Source: Fistulifera solaris (Eukaryota). From it: a stretch of 64,000 nt of DNA. This document shows, piece after piece, positions 59,677-64,000 of this stretch. The stretch covers positions 2,046,001-2,110,000 of the forward strand of contig AP026164.1 in NCBI GenBank assembly GCA_030295235.1, read 5' to 3'. Positions within the stretch are counted from its first letter, which is position 1, and every line of letters starts with the position of its first letter. Position numbers and translations under genes: made by a program. Below the pieces are notes generated by a model. The model did no database searches and had not been told where the DNA came from. It saw only the letters and a program-made list of their open reading frames with translations.

Positions 59677-61296
59677 ATGACACGACTTCAATCATTCCGA
59701 GAGATACTACTATTCTGCGCGTTTCTGCTGGCAACCGGAGACGCTTTTATCGTGCCGGCGACGCGGTTATTGCCACAAACGGCTTCACAACGGATGATGT
59801 TCCCCGAGATGATGGCCGATTTCACACAAACCGCATCGTCCCAGCTCTTATCGTTCACGGATCAAGGTCAAAATCTTGCTGGAATCTTCTTTCAAGCCTC
59901 ATTGTTGCCCTATTTGCTCTTTTTGTACTTTTTACAATTCCGTGGCAATCGTTTGAATGATACAGCGAATTTGGGCTTTCAATACGTTCTCCTGTTTGTC
60001 ATTAGTACGATTCCGTCGGGGATTGTCAGTCGGGCCGTCTACGGAACGTCCTTGGCGAATGTGGATTATTTGCACGGTGGAGCGGAATCGTTATTGACTG
60101 TGGCGAATATTCTAATTGTACGAAATAGAAAAATTGGAGTGTGTTCTGATTCGTCAAACTAGTCCTAACCTTTCTTTCATCAGGTCCTGGGATTAAATTC
60201 CGCCATGACACAACAAGAAACGAACCATTCCAAATCACGGAACATTGCGTTGGCTATCGCGGCCGCGTTTACGGGATGTTTGGTAGCCGGCCCGCAATTA
60301 TTATCGGATCCTCATACACCCTTCTTGGTCGGTATCGGTAATTTACCCACCGAATGGGTGCAGCAATTACCCTTTGTCTTACACAACGAACCCGACAATG
60401 CACTCTCGATTCCGACATGGGCGATTCACTTCTCCTCCGTCTTTGAGTATTTGTTTGCCATGAATTTGGTGTGGCAATACGCCGAAGTGACGCAGAACGA
60501 AAAGTGGAAAGGATTGACGTGGGGCATGTTGCCGTTGCACGCGTCCGGTATTTGTGCTTGTACGTATCACTTTTTCTACAACGACCCCAGCTTACAATTC
60601 GTCGTGACCAGTCAAGCTGGTTTGACGCTCTTGGGCAATTTGACGTGCATGATTGCGGCATTTCGTTTAGCCCGTAGCAATGGATGGACGGTGGATGAAA
60701 TCAATCCGTTTCCAAAGAATCCCACGAGTCCAACGGGGTTGGTAGCCGATGGGATTGCCGCCATGCCGCTGCAAACCAAACCCATTGAACAGACCAATGT
60801 CGAACTGGCGGCCAAATTGGCCGGTGCAACATTAGTGTCGTCATATGTCATGAAATACGGGGAATTGGGATTGGATGTGCCTTTCAAAGTGAATCCAGCT
60901 GTCGCGACCGCTATGGTTGTGGGCATTCCGGCTATTACGGCTTATCAATACTACAATAAATCAAGTGGCGGGGAAGGATTCAAACTGCCTTCGATGGCAG
61001 ACTCGGGACTGTCGATGCAAGATGTTAAAAAGTACGGCTTAGCGGGTACTCTGGCATATGTTTTGACGGAGCTCGCCTTTTGGATTGTCGCATTTCCTGT
61101 AGCTGGAACGGCATTGTACCAATCCACGGGCCACTGGCCTGATGTGTTCAATGACAACACCGACCGAGCGGCGGTCTTGGCCTTTATCTTCGCTGGAGCG
61201 AATATTGCCAGGGCGTTTGTTCCAGTTCGTCTTGGTGCCGCGTTAGCCTTGGCTCCGTGGGTGGATGAAAATATTCTTAGTCGATTGAATAAGTAG
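59677..61296 (+). CDS. Plastid membrane protein: DUF3593 + Ycf49/DUF2499 + additional C-terminal membrane domain; intron 60118-60183
   Basis: 'GDAFIVP' presequence. 'FQASLLPYLLFLYFL...LANVDYLHGGAESLLTVAN' (DUF3593-like), 'ALSIPTWAIHFSSVFEY...WGMLPLHASGICACTYHFFYN' (Ycf49-like), C-terminal 'KKYGLAGTLAY...PVRLGAALALAPWVD'. Confidence 0.85.
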
Positions 61297-62547
61297 AGTG
61301 ATGATTTGAATTCTCGAATGCAAAATAAAACAAAAGCTGAGAAAAATGAATAATGCAAGAACTTATTAACTAAAGTTTTCACTGACACTAGTCTATCTTA
61401 TTAGGGTAGCACGGAGTCTTTCTAAACCATGTCACTGAGACCTGGGGACCTGGGAACAAAAGGTCACGGCTCATGGCTTGAGCAACTTTGGTACGACACA
61501 CGCCTCCTATGGCCCCAAAAGATAAGGCTTCCTTACACTGTCTACGGTTCGCATCATTTCTTACTTCGTATCTCCGCATTTCTCGAAATTAGAAGGTCGG
61601 ATCGTCGAATCATTCCCGAAGTCCAGAAGATCCGCAGTTGTACCTTTAGTAGACAATAAATACGTTCATGTGATCGGACTCAATGGACAATGGACTGGGT
61701 GGCTGGGTGGTCGAATGTCCAATTATGCATTTTTGGGACCTACCACCTAGCCTAATTTTGTTTAAACTTTAGAGGTGAGCACGTACCAGCGTACATTGAA
61801 CTTGAATCAGTTTTGCAACACTTCGCCGCATCTCCACGGCTTCCTTACTACTTTATCATGCATCATGCATCCTGAAAATGCACCCTCATCTCCTGTCTGT
61901 CATCAATAACCCGAAATGCGAAGAGAGGAGTATCAAGCAGTGGAGCGACGAGAAAAGAGGAACAAGTCCGGTTCTAATATGTCCATTCCAGTTTCTGAGG
62001 ATTATAAGCCTAAAAAGTAGGTGGACTTTTTTTCTCCTTCTCATGCACGTCTGACTTTTAGCAATCTCTGCAATCTGTAATCTCTAATGTGCTGGTCTGT
62101 GCTGTATTATCTCATTTCTCACGCTCACGCGCACTTCCTTGTTGACTGTTGACAGCCACTCCAGACCTTGGTCATTTGTCATTTGTCGTTCCTATTTCCT
62201 ATGTGACTTGCCTTCCAAGTTCCAACTTATCGAAAGCACCAAGCACTATTTCTGCTATTACTACGTACCCGTAAGTCTACAGTACACAAGTAGGGAACAG
62301 TGTACAGAGTGAGCTTAGGTGCTCGGTGCTCGGTGCTTCCAATGAACAATGAATCATCATCATCGAATGTCCGACTTCAATCTAGATCCCTGTGCCTCTT
62401 GGCAAAACGACCAAAAGTCATTAGTCCCTATCTATTCAACACGTACTATTTAGTAGGATAATATTGTCTAGAGTCTAGAGAGTCGCTATAGTGTACGAGT
62501 TTTGCTGATCAGACACGAAAATCCAAACACGTACTCCGTAATGTCCT

Positions 62548-62580
62548 ACTCACCACTCACCACTCACCACTCACCACTCA
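62548..62580. repeat. (ACTCACC)4.7 heptamer tandem repeat
   Basis: actcacc actcacc actcacc actcacc actca read directly from the sequence. Confidence 0.85.
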
Positions 62581-62828
62581 TCTCACCTCTCACGAAGGAG
62601 TGTAGTAAAATGGGAGGCACTTATGACTTATGACGACCTTCTCCCTTCTCTTTGCAAAACCTACTTGTCATTCCGCTCTTGCGAGCGGAAAACGTCTAAA
62701 ATAGTCGGGCCGCGGATCAAAGGCGAAATAAACTGACACCCTGACCGAAACCTCGTCCGAGAAGTTCGATTGTATTTTCCTCATAAAAAACTGGTAATTG
62801 CGTGCACAAAAAAAAAGAATCAAGAATA

Positions 62829-64000
62829 ATGAAAGACGAAGACGACCACTCTTGGAGCGTCGATGGGGGCGAATCGTCTGATGGTGAGAATCATCGTCCC
62901 TATGGAATGGACACCATCGAAGACGAAAAGGCGGAAGAAGCGGCGGTCGCCGAGCTGACACGTCGTGAGACGAGGGGAGTGCAAATGTGGAGAATTTTCA
63001 CCATGCTCACCCTCGTTGCCGTGTCTGTGGCGGTATCGACCATCACCTTTCGTCTTCTTCAAGATCAAGACATCGACGAATTTAACGACAGTGTAAGTTC
63101 TCTCTCCCCGGTCATGCAAACATTCGCTCGTTGCGCACCAATTTCAACTCACCCTGGCATGCTTCAGTATACCTTCTTTGCAGCGGCTATCCGAAACTCT
63201 GTTGAATCCCACGTCCGCGACATTTTTAGTGCAGGTGAAATGGTTGCAGGACAGGTTACAAAAGCAGCGACTGAGAAGGGCGAGACATTTCCCTTCGTGA
63301 CGGTCAATTTATTTGAAGTCGTAGGCAGACAAGCGAGGGAGATGTCTGGAGTGGATGAAATGATGTGGAGTCCGATGGTGGACAGCGACCAGTACGATGC
63401 ATGGACGAACTACTCCGCTGCAAATATCGACTGGATGGAGGAGTGTCCATTGCACTTTACGCCATTGAGCCTGGTCACAATCGTAAGCAAGAAGACTATA
63501 TGCTCTTTGATACCGATTTTTCGATATCTGGCCAAATTCCCGGGACACCCGTTGGACCAGGCCCATGGTCTCCCATTTGGCAAATCTCTCCACCTCCAAA
63601 CAACACGTTTGTGATCAACATTGATATGTTAGCGTTTGGAACGCAAATATTGCATGATGCCGTTAAAATGTTTTGCACTGCCTTGATGTCGGAAGTCATT
63701 GCAACAACTGATCCAATGGCAGCGCCCACGCTATGCTGTGGTTCACCCCGTTTACGAGAGCTTGTTTAACAAGGATACAGCAGAAATCGTGGGTCACATG
63801 TACAGTTTGTTTCCTTGGGATGCCTACCTTAAAAATCTGCTTCCGGAAGGTGTTTCCGGAATCACCGCTGTTCTAAGGAACAGCTGTGGTCAGGCTTTCA
63901 CCTATACTTTGGACGGTACTTGGGTAAGCATCCTGAGTTGCAATTCGATTGTTGACATTTGGACCGGCTCTTACCTTCTTTCTTATTTCTAATTCTTCCG
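62829..64000 (+). CDS. 5' part of a diatom receptor-type cyclase-like membrane protein; intron 63093-63167, second intron from 63924; frameshifted and truncated by the window end
   Basis: Acidic N-terminus, then 'ETRGVQMWR' plus a TM helix, 'TFPFVTVNLFEVVGRQAR', 'WSPIWQISPPP', 'WDAYLKNLLPEGVSGITAVLRNSCGQAFTY'. These motifs are typical of the extracellular region of the expanded diatom receptor-type guanylate/adenylate cyclase family. The catalytic domain is not in the window. Confidence 0.7.

Noticed and set aside
62548..62580. ACTCACC repeat as an interstitial telomere
   Set aside because: It does not match TTAGGG-type telomeric units and has fewer than five copies.

Overview
Gene-dense eukaryotic nuclear DNA, inferred to be from a pennate diatom. 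The evidence is short GT-AG introns of about 65-100 nt, bipartite signal-peptide/ASAF-type plastid presequences, and a receptor-type cyclase-like family that is expanded in diatoms. About 27 protein-coding loci are supported: RIC1-like, CBP/p300, a DUF2470-like plastid protein, organellar TyrRS, PhoD, a PHD protein, Nup98-Nup96, a calflagin-like EF-hand protein, two SDRs, a GH16 glucanase, DinB, IspF, a bZIP factor, a RAD5-like helicase, Nnf1-like, malate synthase, HscB, BET3, exostosin GT47, RPC2, purple acid phosphatase, a stand-alone TAZ protein, a TauD-family dioxygenase, a Ycf49 fusion and a truncated receptor-cyclase-like gene. Many long genes are split by single-base losses in homopolymer runs, most likely unpolished long-read errors, so several CDS coordinates are reconstructed. 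I found no rRNA, tRNA, CRISPR array or transposon. The best leads are (1) a recurrent intergenic palindrome TACC(W)GGTA near promoters, (2) a hidden silaffin-like KxxK tract in an alternative frame of the GH16 glucanase tail, (3) a stand-alone paralogue of the local CBP TAZ1 domain and (4) a divergent pair of plastid-targeted genes with mirror-image (ATTC)3 elements. All family calls come from motif recognition by eye; no database searches were run.
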